NCBI GenBank assembly: GCA_000091205.1
Contig: AP006492.2
Length of the DNA: 64,000 nucleotides
Reading direction: 5' to 3' (one strand)
Source of the DNA: Cyanidioschyzon merolae
Taxonomy: Eukaryota
In this document: piece by piece, positions 34,960 to 47,146 of the stretch
Numbering within the stretch: position 1 is the stretch's first letter
Layout of the letters: each line of letters begins with the position of its first letter
The notes under the pieces: generated by a model
Database searches by the model: none
Seen by the model: the letters and a program-made list of their open reading frames with translations, nothing else
What the model was told of the DNA's origin: nothing
Program-made: the position numbers and the translations under genes

Positions 34960-37544
34960 ACAAGTGATCTTGGCCCGAAGAAAACTACTACCATACTCGC
35001 AAACGTTTCCGAGTCGGCATCGGGCTGGTCGACAGACGCGCGCCTCAATTCAGCGCGAGCGGGTGCTGCTCCTGCAGTACTGGAGATGTCTCCTGGGGAC
35101 GCTGCACCGCCCGTGTCCCGCGGCAGATTACCACTAAAAGCTGAACTAGCATCTTTGTTACCGCCTTTCGATGTTTTTGGTTGAATTCTACGGCCTCGAC
35201 AATCGAAGAGCATCCATAGGAGTTCAAGGATTCATACGTCATTCGAGGATTCTCGGTCGTACGCTCAGCGTGACTCCTTCGACGCGCTGTCGTTGGCATT
35301 CATGACGTCACTGGAATGAAGCTCATTCGGCTTGTCCGGGAGCAAGCGCCTGTAAAACAACAGCTATCGCGATTCAATGCATATGGACACGTCGCCGCTC
35401 TTCTCCTTTCTTTACGTGCTGTACGCTCGAATCATACATTCCTCCCAGTTTCGATCTTTCCGCTTCAAGGCAATGCGAGGGCGCAGCGATTCACGTCGCT
35501 CAGTGCACGACGGATAGCATGGCGGTGTGGCCCTTTGGCGACTTGTTCACAAGCCCACGCCGAAAGGTCATCGATCTTCTCAGGTCAAATGGTCTACTCG
35601 GTACGAGAGACAAAACCTTACTTTGTTTGTTGCCGTCGAGGATACCGCATTCTACAGCAGCACGAAGCCCAGTTCGGGATGTGTTCTGAGATGCTCCCAT
35701 CCCATCTATTTGCGAGGAAAAGGGTCCTGAACTTGGGCTGTTGCTATCTTCGTTATCGCCTCTGGAGAAGTGTGCGTCAAAGCTGTGCTTGAATGGGCGC
35801 AGACGCATCGAAAAAACTCGAAATGTGCTCCAGCGTCGATTTCTCTTCCGGTTCTTGTTTCATCGTAGACAACATCACGTTCCACAAATTCTCCATCGAA
35901 TAGAACAGCGTGTATATGCGAATGCAGCGGTGCGAGCACTCGACGGATACATCGCGTAATAGAAACACGGAATCCTTGGTTAATGCGCCGGACGCAGAAA
36001 CTAAGCAAGGCATCGTGACGCGCCTTCTGTATCCGTCAAGTTCATATGCCGAGGGATCAAGGCAAGGGATCACGCGTGACAAGACGGCGCTCGGGCCAGG
36101 GATTCGGCGCCAGTGTTGGAAACAAACATGTCCACCGCCAAGTCGCAACACTGGAAAAGGTGCATCGAGGCTGCATCCAAAGAGGATGGAAATGACAATC
36201 GTAGCGTATATTGTAACTTTGGCCTGTGCATGAAATGCGTTGACAGCAGCCGGAAGCACCCTGATCTGGTGTTTCGAGCAACCAACACCATCCCTCAACT
36301 GCCGACCCCGGATCTGGAGCCAGAAGAGAGCCTGTTGGATTTGCAGCCGTATACCAGAGAGAGCAGAAGGAAGCGGTTGCAGAGCAAGCGCGCAGCGACT
36401 GGTTTCGATGACATTGAGAAGAGACCCAAAGCCCAGTATTTACGCCCGAGGCATGGAATCTTTTCCATTTTATTCTACCATTGGTGCAGCTGCAAGCAAA
36501 GGACAATTCGTGTGCGGCACTTTGCTCGACGCTGGCTCCCCTGTACCCATGCGGCTGTCCGGACAAGATCGATCACGACTTGCTCCATCGCGTCCTTGAT
36601 TCCCGAGTCCATGGACGGGGACACAGATCAGCATTTGTTCACCGGCAGGTGTTCTGGTGACTCATTGTACATGCATGCCATTCGACTCTAGTCGCCGCCC
36701 TCCGCTGGACTACCGCACGTCGCTGCTCGTGATGACGCCCCCACCGCTGTCTGTACACACCGAGGCGCTCGGACGGTACTGAACCCCCAGACCGACGGCA
36801 CAGAGGGCATGCGGGGCCTCAGGCGCTACCGCAGCAAAGCGCTCCCTTCCCGTCTGGCGCGATGTTGTCCAGAGCGCTATGAGCATGGACCTCGCCCTGC
36901 AAAACTTTGTCAGCGTTTCATGCAGCGGCGCACGGCAGATTCCCTTGAAAGTCACCGCATCGAACTGTTTGCGTCGGTGAATACCACTATCGGCAGGCAG
37001 CGGTTTCAAGAACGCCACGTGGCTTTGCTTCTGCATGGTTCGCGCACTTTTTCCCGTGTGAAACCATGCCTCATCGCTTGCTGGCTGGGATTCCAGTTGG
37101 CCTCTCCGAATAGCGCAAAATCACCAGCTTACTTCACGAATAGTCGAACAGCTGCGTAGAGCCTTGTGGCTTGCCCCAATATTCGGGAGCTAAACATGAT
37201 CCACACAGCGGAAACGAGTCCTCTTTACACGTAAATAGCAGACAACATGAACGACTCCCACGGTGTTCTGTTCGGCAGCGTCGATGAGCGTGGCGGCTCG
37301 CCAAGTACCTTGGAAGCTGACCACCCACGTTGTACGGCGTAAAAGCGTCCTTTTTGTAGATAGACTACGCACCACTTGGACCTTGACGGTGTGATTCTTA
37401 GGTTGAAGTTTGCACTCGCTTCCAAGACCCGCTAGAAAAGACCCCCTAACTCGCTGTTTCCGAAACGCCGCGAGACCGGGAAAACGTCTCCATATGCGCG
37501 AGCACAAATTCTCGTCCTCGTCATTGTTCAGGGGTTGGTGGTTC

Positions 37545-37835
37545 ATGGTCCTGATTACCTTAGAGTTTGGCGGTGGATTGGATGCAATTACAAGCGCCAA
37601 AGCCAAGACGGTTGCGTGTGATGTTCCGGCAAAGACGGTAGGCGAGTTAATTAGGTGGATTCGACGGCACCAAGTCCGAGAGCGACACGAGTTTTTCGCT
37701 TCGGGCGATGGCGTGCTTCGTCCGGGAGTTTTGGTGCTTGTCAACGAAGTCGACTGGGAGTTAGAGGGTAAAATGGAATACGTTTTACGGGAAGGAGATA
37801 CGATCGCGTTCATTTCGACGCTGCACGGTGGCTGA
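37545..37835 (+). CDS. URM1: Ubiquitin-related modifier 1
   Basis: 97 aa from the internal ATG of the track ORF (37410-37835): MVLITLEFGGGLDAI ... TVGELIRWI ... RPGVLVLVNEVDWELEGKMEYVLREGDTIAFISTLHGG, ending in the diagnostic C-terminal Gly-Gly. Confidence 0.85.
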   Translation: MVLITLEFGGGLDAITSAKAKTVACDVPAKTVGELIRWIRRHQVRERHEFFASGDGVLRPGVLVLVNEVDWELEGKMEYVLREGDTIAFISTLHGG

Positions 37836-40800
37836 TGCCCTCCGGGGTGTACCAAGTGTTCGCCCGGCAGGGCAACCGGCCTCGCGTTCGACCCATAGAC
37901 TCACAGGGCGCTCGTCGGCAACGAGCTCCGGCAGAGAGGTTTACGAACGTTGCATCCATAGACGCTCTGGGAACCCTACTGACCCTTTATGAATCGAAGT
38001 AGACTCTTGGGCGTTGCAACGCCGCGCTGGACCCAGAACTTCTGCATCAGGCTGTGGTGCCGTGCTTCGTGCCAGGGGTACCGATGATACCGTCCGAGGC
38101 ACGAAAGCCGAGTGCAAGTATCGCGTATTTAGGGCATTCGCATTCAATGCTCTGTGAACGTACTCAGACTCGTGCAACGTTGCACGGCCGTCCATCGCAA
38201 TGGGAGATGTGTATGCATGTATACGTGTCTATGTGCGCTTCGTTTACAAGCAACTGCACACAAGCCGCCCGCTAGCTGAGCAGGTCGACGCGATCGCTCT
38301 TCGAATCCTGAGTAACTTCATACAATGAAACACGATGATCGTCTACCAAATGCTCGAGAAAACTGTCCCCAGTGTTCGTATAAGGCGGTCCAGTCTTTGC
38401 GTTTTGCTGCAGCGTACCGTAACTGTGCCTTGCCCAAGGCGAGCATCCAACACATCCTCGACTGGCTACTGATTTTTTTCATCGAAAGTCTTGATCATTC
38501 CAGCTCAATTCCCACACTGAGGATGAAGCGATCCGTATGAAATTCCGCTTGACACAGTGCCGCTGGACGCTCCCAAAAGCGCGAGATATGCCCGGATGTT
38601 GATCGAGCCGCTCAAGTATCTGTGCACAAGGCACTGGCGCTTTTTCTTGTTGGTGGAATCACACCATAGCACGCCGCTCCCCGTACATCAATTCATACAT
38701 CGGTCTCTGTTCCACGCTCTGCGTTTCTATCTGTTTCAGCGGACACCTACGCTCGTTGTAGGTCTATGTCGCATTGAAAGCACCGATCGGAATCGTATCG
38801 AATCGTATCCTGCGATCGCTGTATGCTCTCGTCGAAGGATAACGAGCGCAGCCTTGGCGCGCTGCAGCACGTCCAGCGCCATAGGCTCCTATCAAATAAC
38901 ATGCCTTTTAGGCCAGTTCCTTTTCCACCACATGGAGCAAGTTATCGAATTTACGCTTCTTGTCTCTTTCGAAATGAAACCGTTGGTGATCCCAGCACGC
39001 TCTCATGCAGCCCCGCCAAAGATCGTCTGTCTCGGCCATTTCGACGCTCACGGACGGTCTCTTGCGTAGGATCTCTCCCACAAGTCACGATTTCAGGTCT
39101 AGAAAAGTGATGTTACAACGTGCACAGGGTGCGCTCCATGATGCGCTGGAGAATGACCCGTATACGCTTTTGTTTTTTGAGGTTGTTTTGATACCTGTTG
39201 GTACCTGCGCTATGGATTTTTTTCGACCAACAACGTCCCGCGGCTGCACTTCGAGATATTCCACAAACCATGTATGTAAATCTCCGATCCTGTGATCAAG
39301 CTGTTGTGCGTCTTACATTTCGCGCATCCGTTGTGTTGGCGCGGGAAAGCTTCATCGAAATATGGCAGAGGAATTTGGATAGCTGGCAGCCCCGCGGCTA
39401 TAACCCCTACCAACAGTTGCTCGACGATGTGCACCAAGGCGAGGGACGTCAGGCGAGCCTTCCTCAAAGAAGAAGCTACGCGATACCTGTTGGCGTCCTG
39501 CATTTCACTTTTTGTAAGACCTTCCCGTTCATGAGTTTTTGTCGCGAGGCCGTGATAGCGTTTTCATTCTGAACTTTCCCCACCAAGAGCGTTTTCTTCT
39601 GGTCATATCTTGACCTGTTTTCGGAAGAATCGTTTCTTTTATTGGCCTATGCTCTTGATCTTCATCTTTACTTGGTCGGGTGGCATGTATTTAGGCGCCA
39701 TCCTCCACTTCCGATCTTTCCTCGGAACTGAGGCACACTGGGTACATGGTAGCACTGACAAACGCCTTTTGTGCGGTAACGTCTGCGGCATCTTACGCAT
39801 CTTTTCGTCAGATGCTTCGCGAGCATGCCTTCGAGTCAAAGCACGTCTTTTCGCTGGCTCCCGCGCACGGGCAGCGGGGCAACACGGCAGTTCGCGGTTG
39901 GGAAAGTGGTAGAAATCGACCATGAAAAGAACGAATTGCGAAGGAGTCATGAACTCGAATGTCTCTTCCATTGAACCGCGAGTGTAAATACCGCATTCGA
40001 CAATGGAGCGAAGACGCATTCGGCAGGGTCAACCAGGGAGAACAGACTGGCACGAAGCGTAGCTGAACGCCAATTTCAACTGCGTATTCCCTGACAGCTT
40101 TGGTGTCAAGGTAATCGTTGTTTCATTGGAGCAGAAGAACGGAATTCGAGAGGGCAATTTCCCGAAATGCCTCGATGAATGATGCAATGAGGAACGATCT
40201 AGTCCACTACGTGATTTGCAGGCGACCACATTATAGTATTGGTGCTAGGGCTGACGTCGTCGTCAGGCTCGTTTGTCTCTTCTTGACGAACTGCGGTTTC
40301 ACCCTCTTGGAATGCTCATTCGCAGATCAACCATGTGGTCCGGGCCGAGACTTACCGAGTGAGGCGAATACGCTTCCCTCCTGTAACAGGAGTTCACGTT
40401 CCAGTGCGGATTCGGTCGTGTGTTGTTCAACGCGATACGGTGTCCAAGAGAGGTGTGTTTTTCTCTTTGTACGTATGTGTCTTTTCATGACATTTCGTAT
40501 CATGGGCGCGCAAACTTCACATTCTGAGCTTCTCAGGTATTATGTCTTAGTGACAAAACCGCGTGTAAGGTACTGGCGAGGAGACTGTCTTATCGATAGA
40601 GTCTAAGTTCCAATTTGAGTGCACGATGTTCCGAATGACGATTACCATGAAGGGTACTTGATCCACCTTTCGACCGCAGAGTATCTGATATATCGAAGCA
40701 AGGCCGCTTTGTCGCAAGGTAGCAGTAGCGGCATAAACTTTTTCCGCATCCTTGCTCCGATCTACAGGATGCATTCCTTTTACTGCGAATCTGTACGAAG

Positions 40801-41358
40801 AGCGAACGAAAACAAAAAGGGCGCGCAGGTGCGGGTGTTCCCGGATTCACTGTTCTGAGTATATCGAGTCATGCAATACATTGTCGATATCATCTGCTTT
40901 GACAGCGCTTGCTCGGCCGACTGGTATCCGACGTCATCTCAGAGTAGAAACATAGGTCGCAAAGACGCCTGGTACAATACTGGTCGCCCCGGCGGACACG
41001 CATCCATGCAAACCGCGCTTCCGCAGTGTACGGTCAGCAGCAGCAGCAGCAGCACCCAGGCGTCGTCGCTATCACTGCCGCTACTGATCGAGTCGCTACG
41101 GCCGCAGCTGGAGCCATGGCTCCTCCGATAACTGCGCCTGCTTCTCGGAGCAACATGTCAGCGCCTCCAGTCCATAAACAATACCGTGTGACCAGAACAA
41201 CGAGCTACACGATTCAGCGCCTCAGTGAGGGATCAGGACACCCTCGTGAGCGCGTCTTGATACATTGTGGGCCCACGACAGCTGCCAGCGATAGCCGTGG
41301 TGTTTTCCATATTTCTGCACTGGCGTTGACGATGCAGTGCTTCCTTCAGTGTCGCTCA

Positions 41359-42906
41359 TCACATGTACTGATCGAAGCCGGTGGCGTCGGCATCGTGAAT
41401 CTCGTCGGGATCGAGCGGACGATACAAGTCCAGGGCTCGCAGGCGCCGCTCATGATAATATTCCTTCTCGCGCAACGAAGTGAGTTCGTTTCTAAAGTAG
41501 GTCATAATTGCACGTAGGGTCGTTCGCTCTGCTTCCTGGACCAGCTGCGCAGCCTGTTTCAGCTCTGGAGAAAAGTTTTCTTCACATAGTGCCTGCGCCT
41601 CATCCAATGCTTGCATTCGCTCCTCGCACGAAGCCAGCACCAACTCGCACACCATTCGTTCATTTCCTTCCGATACAGGCAGCGCCAGGAACTCCCACAC
41701 TTCATCCCGGAACAAGCCCTCGAGGAGAAATGCATCCGATCCGCTGAGACAGAGCAAGCGGAGAAACTGCACCATCGCACTGAGCGGATTCTCCGCGGCT
41801 TGTAGCGCTTCCGATGTGAGGTCGGAAGCGGCAACGACAAAAGTCTGACCAGCAAGTTCATCCTCCGAAGTGGCATCAATTCGTTGTTGTTGCTGCTGCT
41901 GCTGCTGCAAAATATCCACCTTGTCGTCGTAGAATCGATCCAGACGGCTTATTTCGAAGGCCAGTGTGACAAGGCCTACGCATTCCCGCAATTTTCGCGC
42001 CGAATCAGGGTTGGAATGCTCTTCGAAATATCCGTACTGCAGGAAAAAGTCGATTGCGTCCGCAACGCGTGCATGATAGCGGAGCTCAGCCCCAGTGAGC
42101 ACGTCTTTCGTACATATCAAATGGATTTCCTCGCGCCCTCCCAGGAGACGCTTGCGCACCCACTGGAAACGCACGGTAGCATCCTCTCTACCAGTTGGTC
42201 GACACTCATCGAGCGGTGGTGCTAGGACCCATCGACCAACGTCCGCAAACCAGGTGCCTCTGTCGAGAACCAGCGCAACTGCACGCAAGAATGCGCTCGC
42301 CGAAAAAGTATCAACGGGAAGAACGGAGGACCTTCGTCGCTCTTCCAACCAGGATACCAGCTCGCGACGGAGCGTTTCTCGTCGAGTTTCCAGTGCGGTA
42401 CCCCGGAAGAGACGCGACCTGGAGGCGTCCCAGAGTAGTGGATGGTTCACGTAGAACTCCCGCTTGCGACAAACATTTTCCACATAATCGATCCATGGTG
42501 AACTTTCGTTTTGAACGGTTTCCAAAACGAGCCGCAAGGCAAGCTCTGCGGCTGCTTCCCAGCGCGCATCGTCGCTCGCTGCATCAGGAGTAGTAACTGC
42601 GGTACCGTGTCGTTCACTCACAAGCGCTGCAGCAACCTCCACTGACGCAACCACCTGACCAGTTTCCAGCTTCTGGGCCGCGTGCAAACCCAGACGCCCT
42701 TGGTGCGGTGTGGATCCAAGTTCAACCTGCAAGTACTGGCCAGGAACCTTAGCTGCTGAGCACAGCGGTTGAGCGACGCGCTGAAGCCTTCCAGTGCGTT
42801 GCCGGAGACCGGCCCTCGTGCCAAGGTGGCAGCTTCCAGCACTCCTTCGCAGTACGCATGCGCCTCTGCCTTGGTTTGCGGAAAGCGGAACAATAAAGCA
42901 CTGCAT
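41359..42906 (-). CDS. SET-domain protein lysine methyltransferase (SETD6 / Rubisco LSMT-like)
   Basis: 515 aa from an ATG. N-terminal SET half (GQYLQVELGS ... GRLGLHAAQKLETGQVVASVE), LAPPLD and GGREEIHLICTKDVLTGAEL, and YGYFEEHSNPDS matching the YGF..NP.D C-SET signature. An internal polyQ tract comes from a CTG/CAG repeat at 41881-41910. Confidence 0.55.
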   Translation of the reverse strand: MQCFIVPLSANQGRGACVLRRSAGSCHLGTRAGLRQRTGRLQRVAQPLCSAAKVPGQYLQVELGSTPHQGRLGLHAAQKLETGQVVASVEVAAALVSERHGTAVTTPDAASDDARWEAAAELALRLVLETVQNESSPWIDYVENVCRKREFYVNHPLLWDASRSRLFRGTALETRRETLRRELVSWLEERRRSSVLPVDTFSASAFLRAVALVLDRGTWFADVGRWVLAPPLDECRPTGREDATVRFQWVRKRLLGGREEIHLICTKDVLTGAELRYHARVADAIDFFLQYGYFEEHSNPDSARKLRECVGLVTLAFEISRLDRFYDDKVDILQQQQQQQQRIDATSEDELAGQTFVVAASDLTSEALQAAENPLSAMVQFLRLLCLSGSDAFLLEGLFRDEVWEFLALPVSEGNERMVCELVLASCEERMQALDEAQALCEENFSPELKQAAQLVQEAERTTLRAIMTYFRNELTSLREKEYYHERRLRALDLYRPLDPDEIHDADATGFDQYM

Positions 42907-43769
42907 CCAAAGTCAAGCCCGTAAAGTGCAGTACTCGCACCAAGCTTGGCTCACCAACGAGCGGTACAAGACGCTGTTGGCATGCGATGCACCGAGTCGA
43001 AGGGGCGGTACGCTCCCGCCCGATGACTGCAAACCCCGTAGATGCGTTGGTGTTTTCGAGTACTTTCCTAGGATACAGAGCGTTGGTCCAGCTTGTCCAG
43101 AGGTGCGGGCATGTAATCGCGGAATATAGTAACTTGTCGATGCCTTTGGCTGCAGTTAAGCGTGATTCTACAGAGACTCGTTGCTCCGCCGTTCGTGAGA
43201 ACGCGTTCTGGGACGGTGCTGTGCAAAACGGTAACGATCCGAGTCGTTTGCAAAGGCCCGAGCATGCTTCATGGGTACCATCAGAGCAAGTCCACACGAT
43301 AGAGCTTCAAAGTGGAGCGCTTCAAGGCGAGTTTGGGCACCGCCGTACTGCGCTCTAGTTCGTTGCAGTTTTCTCGGACCGGTGTCGATCAGTCATGACG
43401 CTCGTCTTCTGCCTGGGGCCAACGAGTAGTTACGTCGGTTGCAAGCGTCCTGCAGACGCAGGACACATTGGTCATACAGGCGACTGGTGGATCACCCTGG
43501 TTTGGTTTCGCGCGGGACGGCCGCCACTGCGTCCACCTTGCCGGACGGTGTCGATCCAGTCCCGTGCCTCTGCCCGCGATGGCGACCGGTTGTCGTTCCC
43601 TTGCTGCACGCTTGACGCTGCATAGAACATGGACAGACATGAAATATCTACCGAGACAAAGTATGCGAGGCGCCAAGGTCGCTTCTAGTTTCACATAGTG
43701 GAGCAGCGCGACGCTGAGGCTCGCACGCTGTCCTCCGGGTTCGCAGTACACCGTATCAGATTTTACACG

Positions 43770-44747
43770 TTACGGTAGGAAGAAATGTGGGTTCGGTAGA
43801 AACTCGTCACCCACAAAAGTAAACGAACAGCGGTGAGATCCCAGCCATTTACGCAGGGCCTCTCTCGCCTCACCTTCATCGGGATAGAACTGATCCAAGT
43901 GATCCTGTAAGAGATCATTCGTCACCAGAATCGCATCATGACCAACCGCATATCCCAGGGCGAATGTATCATCGTATTCTCCGGCAGGTACGAAAACAAG
44001 GGCGTCAGATGCGCTAACCGTGGGAAGATCAGCCCGTTTCCGCCGATAGTCCGGGAGAAACACTACACAACGATAACCGCGCTTTCGAAAGAAGTCCACA
44101 GCGATGGCGATGCCCTTCGGGCTGAACACTGCATTTTGGCCGTGAGCCCAGGCGATATTCTCACCATCCAGAACTACAAGCGATACATTCGTGGCGGCAG
44201 CAGCGACATCGGAAGAAACCCGCGCCATACAGCCAGACGCACTCCGCGCCGACGTAGCAGGTGCCTCTATTCGCATAGCTTCTGGGGCAGCATGCGCACT
44301 TTCGGCATCAGACAGTGTTGCTGGGGTATGCGCGTCTCCACTGTGAACGCCACCAGCTGATGCGCTGCTCGCATAGGAAGTTTCGGGTGCTGCACGCGGA
44401 AGCAATCGCTGGACCTGCTCCCAGAGTCGTGCGAGCTCTTCTGCAAACTGATGGTGCTCAGCAGCCGATAGTTCCCTGCCTCGTCTTTTGCTTCGGCAGA
44501 GGCGTTCGAGTTGCTCGAGTCGTTCAAGGCCAAAAGTTGATAATGGCGAGTCCTTGAAGACACCAATCCAACACTTCCGAATGAACGCGAGCCGCTCATC
44601 GAGAGTTCTAGGCTGCCGTGCAGCCCAAAAGTGCTCCGCGAGTTCCGGCCCAAAAGCTCTCTCTAGCTGTGCCTTTAGTAGCAAATCCAGTGCGTTCTCT
44701 ATATCAGCGCTCTCAGGCAGATGGTGGCCAGAATCCTCGACAAGCAT
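43770..44747 (-). CDS. NYN-domain ribonuclease, Zc3h12a/Regnase/N4BP1-like
   Basis: VVLDGENIAWAHGQNAVFSPKGIAIAVDFFRKRGYRCVVFLPDYR ... AGEYDDTFALGYAVGHDAILVTNDLLQD matches the RNase_Zc3h12a (PIN-like) core with its conserved acidic residues. The track starts at TTG 44768; the first ATG is at 44747. Confidence 0.7.
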   Translation of the reverse strand: MLVEDSGHHLPESADIENALDLLLKAQLERAFGPELAEHFWAARQPRTLDERLAFIRKCWIGVFKDSPLSTFGLERLEQLERLCRSKRRGRELSAAEHHQFAEELARLWEQVQRLLPRAAPETSYASSASAGGVHSGDAHTPATLSDAESAHAAPEAMRIEAPATSARSASGCMARVSSDVAAAATNVSLVVLDGENIAWAHGQNAVFSPKGIAIAVDFFRKRGYRCVVFLPDYRRKRADLPTVSASDALVFVPAGEYDDTFALGYAVGHDAILVTNDLLQDHLDQFYPDEGEAREALRKWLGSHRCSFTFVGDEFLPNPHFFLP

Positions 44748-45278
44748 TTCATGGCGACCTGGTAACAACTACTTTGTCCAGGGCAGGCGTATGCTGTACA
44801 GCTGCCCAGAAGCCGCTGCCGACTCTCCCCGAGGCGAATCGGGTACACTTGCGGCACCGTGCACTTGCACACGCAGAGCGGAAACGCGCTGCCGTACTTT
44901 CACACTAAAGCAGGTACCAGCACCAGAAAAAGCCTATATAGCCTGTGTTCGCCTAGTGCTGGCAGAGAACGAGTGCAAGCCGTGGACAAAGAGTGATCGC
45001 AAAGCCGCTTCAGCGAACCTGTGCAGACGCTTCGAGCACGTGAACTTGCTCTGTATCACAGGTGTACCACTAACAAACGAACACACTTTTGAACCAGAAC
45101 TGTAAACTAGCGAATACGCAAGTAGCACCAACGATCGTGTTCCCGAACGCTCCCCGCGGCCGTGTCGCTCCATGACCCGATTCCGTAACGCTAGGGTTCC
45201 ACATGATCATCCGTACCTTCATTACCTTTAGCGTAGACTTGAGGTGACCAGGGAACACTATGCGATAACAGGTTATCC

Positions 45279-46538
45279 ATGGATTTAGAGCAAGAGATAC
45301 TATGGGTTCGAAGGCTATGGGCGGAGCGATATCGGCATCGTCTACAGCCTCCACGAGACCAACTCCAGGGTGTGACTGAAAGCCGGCTCGAGCAACGTGA
45401 ACGCTCACGCGCGGTGCACCACGTCAATGGTGAACGCGCACTCGCAGCGCCATCCTTGGGCAAAAGGCAGTCCAGGGAGCATGATGGACGATTAGAGAAC
45501 GTACGCAAGTCCACTAGTGCCGTGAGTGGCGCGCTGCGGCACTACCGCGAACAGTCTGCGAAGCGATATCAACGGGAACGCACTGAGCGCGCTGCACTGG
45601 CCCCAGCAGCGCGGTTTCCTCTTTTGCGCCTTTTTGCGGGTTCCGCAGACGCGCGTGCTACAGCACCCTGGTCAGCGTATCCAGAGACGAGGCCCATAGC
45701 TATCACGCAAAGCCTGAACGACGGTTTATGGAATCAGCGGTGCCGCAGCCCGCGAACGCAACAGCTGGCGCAGGGCGCCTCGCGCGGTACCACGAAGCAA
45801 CTCGGATTGGGTCTTCGTACTGCGCTCATGATGCTGCAGTTTCGGTCGAAACGCTTCCACCTGCCAGCTGCACTGTCGACGGACCCTTTCACGCTCCGCG
45901 CGACGCGGTATGTGCAAAGTCTTGGTAACGAGGCTACATGTCAGGCGCTAGTCACCAGTCGCCCGGCGTGGTCGATGGAGGAGTCTGCTGAAGTGCTGGC
46001 TGCGCACGAGGCCTCTCAAGTGCTTGAAAATCATCCGTCGGACCTGTGTCGAATGCTGCACCAGGAAAAGCAAGCCCGGGGGCACGTTTGGTGCGCAAGG
46101 ACATCGTCACTGAGAGATGCCCGCGGTTACCACATGCTGACCATCCCAGCGCCCCGTCATGTGTCTTATGATTTTGCTCCTGCAGGCCAGTACACGAGTC
46201 AAGGACTATTCCAACGGCGCACTGCGTTGGTGAAAAATGCGTTCGCCGAGTTGTCAGCGGAAGCGTACCTGGTATGCAAACGCTATCAAGACTTACCAGA
46301 CGCGGCTTATCGCTGCCGATCGGCCGCTCAGTTCGCTGCCTGGAGACAGCGGCGGCAGGAGCAACGAGACCGCGCCGAAACCGCCATGCGTCTTGCTCAA
46401 GCACAGACACCCGCCATACACAGCAACGAGAACCAGTATCTTTGGGATACACGCCTAACGCTATTCATGCATGGCACGCGAATAAGTCAAGCCGATCGCC
46501 ATGCTCAAATTCTGATCGATAGATACGCTAGTTCGTGA
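45279..46538 (+). CDS. Hypothetical Arg/Gln-rich protein
   Basis: 419-aa ORF from an ATG, divergent from the NYN gene. No recognised domain. Confidence 0.3.
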   Translation: MDLEQEILWVRRLWAERYRHRLQPPRDQLQGVTESRLEQRERSRAVHHVNGERALAAPSLGKRQSREHDGRLENVRKSTSAVSGALRHYREQSAKRYQRERTERAALAPAARFPLLRLFAGSADARATAPWSAYPETRPIAITQSLNDGLWNQRCRSPRTQQLAQGASRGTTKQLGLGLRTALMMLQFRSKRFHLPAALSTDPFTLRATRYVQSLGNEATCQALVTSRPAWSMEESAEVLAAHEASQVLENHPSDLCRMLHQEKQARGHVWCARTSSLRDARGYHMLTIPAPRHVSYDFAPAGQYTSQGLFQRRTALVKNAFAELSAEAYLVCKRYQDLPDAAYRCRSAAQFAAWRQRRQEQRDRAETAMRLAQAQTPAIHSNENQYLWDTRLTLFMHGTRISQADRHAQILIDRYASS

Positions 46539-47146
46539 ACACGATGGCGACATGCACAACCACGCTCAGCACATGCTAGATTTCAGTCGATGCACTATAT
46601 AGGGGATGACGCACAGGACCCGAGTATCCGCGATGATCTCGTGGACGCAGCGAGCACAGCACAGCTCGGCAACGACTGGCACCAAGCGACCTCGGATCCG
46701 ATCGGAAATCAATTGCTGGACTTCACACCCGGAGCATCGCCTCGGGCTCACAAGCACTCATGTTTGCAGCGGGTTGCGTTCGACGCAGGTTTGGCTGCCA
46801 ACTCGTCTCCACAGATACGCTGTAAAGCAGGACACTTTCGAAGCATACCGCCCGTCGACCTGGTTGCACGCGTCCTGCAACGAGGCGACACCGACGTCGG
46901 GCCATACCAAAACAACGCCAGAGCATGGCATCGTTGCTGCCAAACCTATATCAGCGACTTTGGGATTAGTGCAGATTGAGCCGTTCAGAGCGGGCTATCC
47001 GCTGTGCCTGCTGAACGCGACGCGACAAGCACCTGCAAGCATCCGATGTGAATGCCAGGTCAAGCGCGGGGCGTGCGACTTTCGGCTGCATGCCAACCTC
47101 TTACGTACAATGCACCATGCAATACATGTTTCGGGACAATTTCCCC

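Noticed and set aside
37190-37855. 221-aa minus-strand ORF overlapping URM1, and many similar antisense ORFs opposite real genes (for example 1587-1910, 33705-34385, 29832-30433)
   Set aside because: High GC suppresses stop codons on the antisense strand of genuine genes. The sense-strand products have clear homology and the antisense ones have none.
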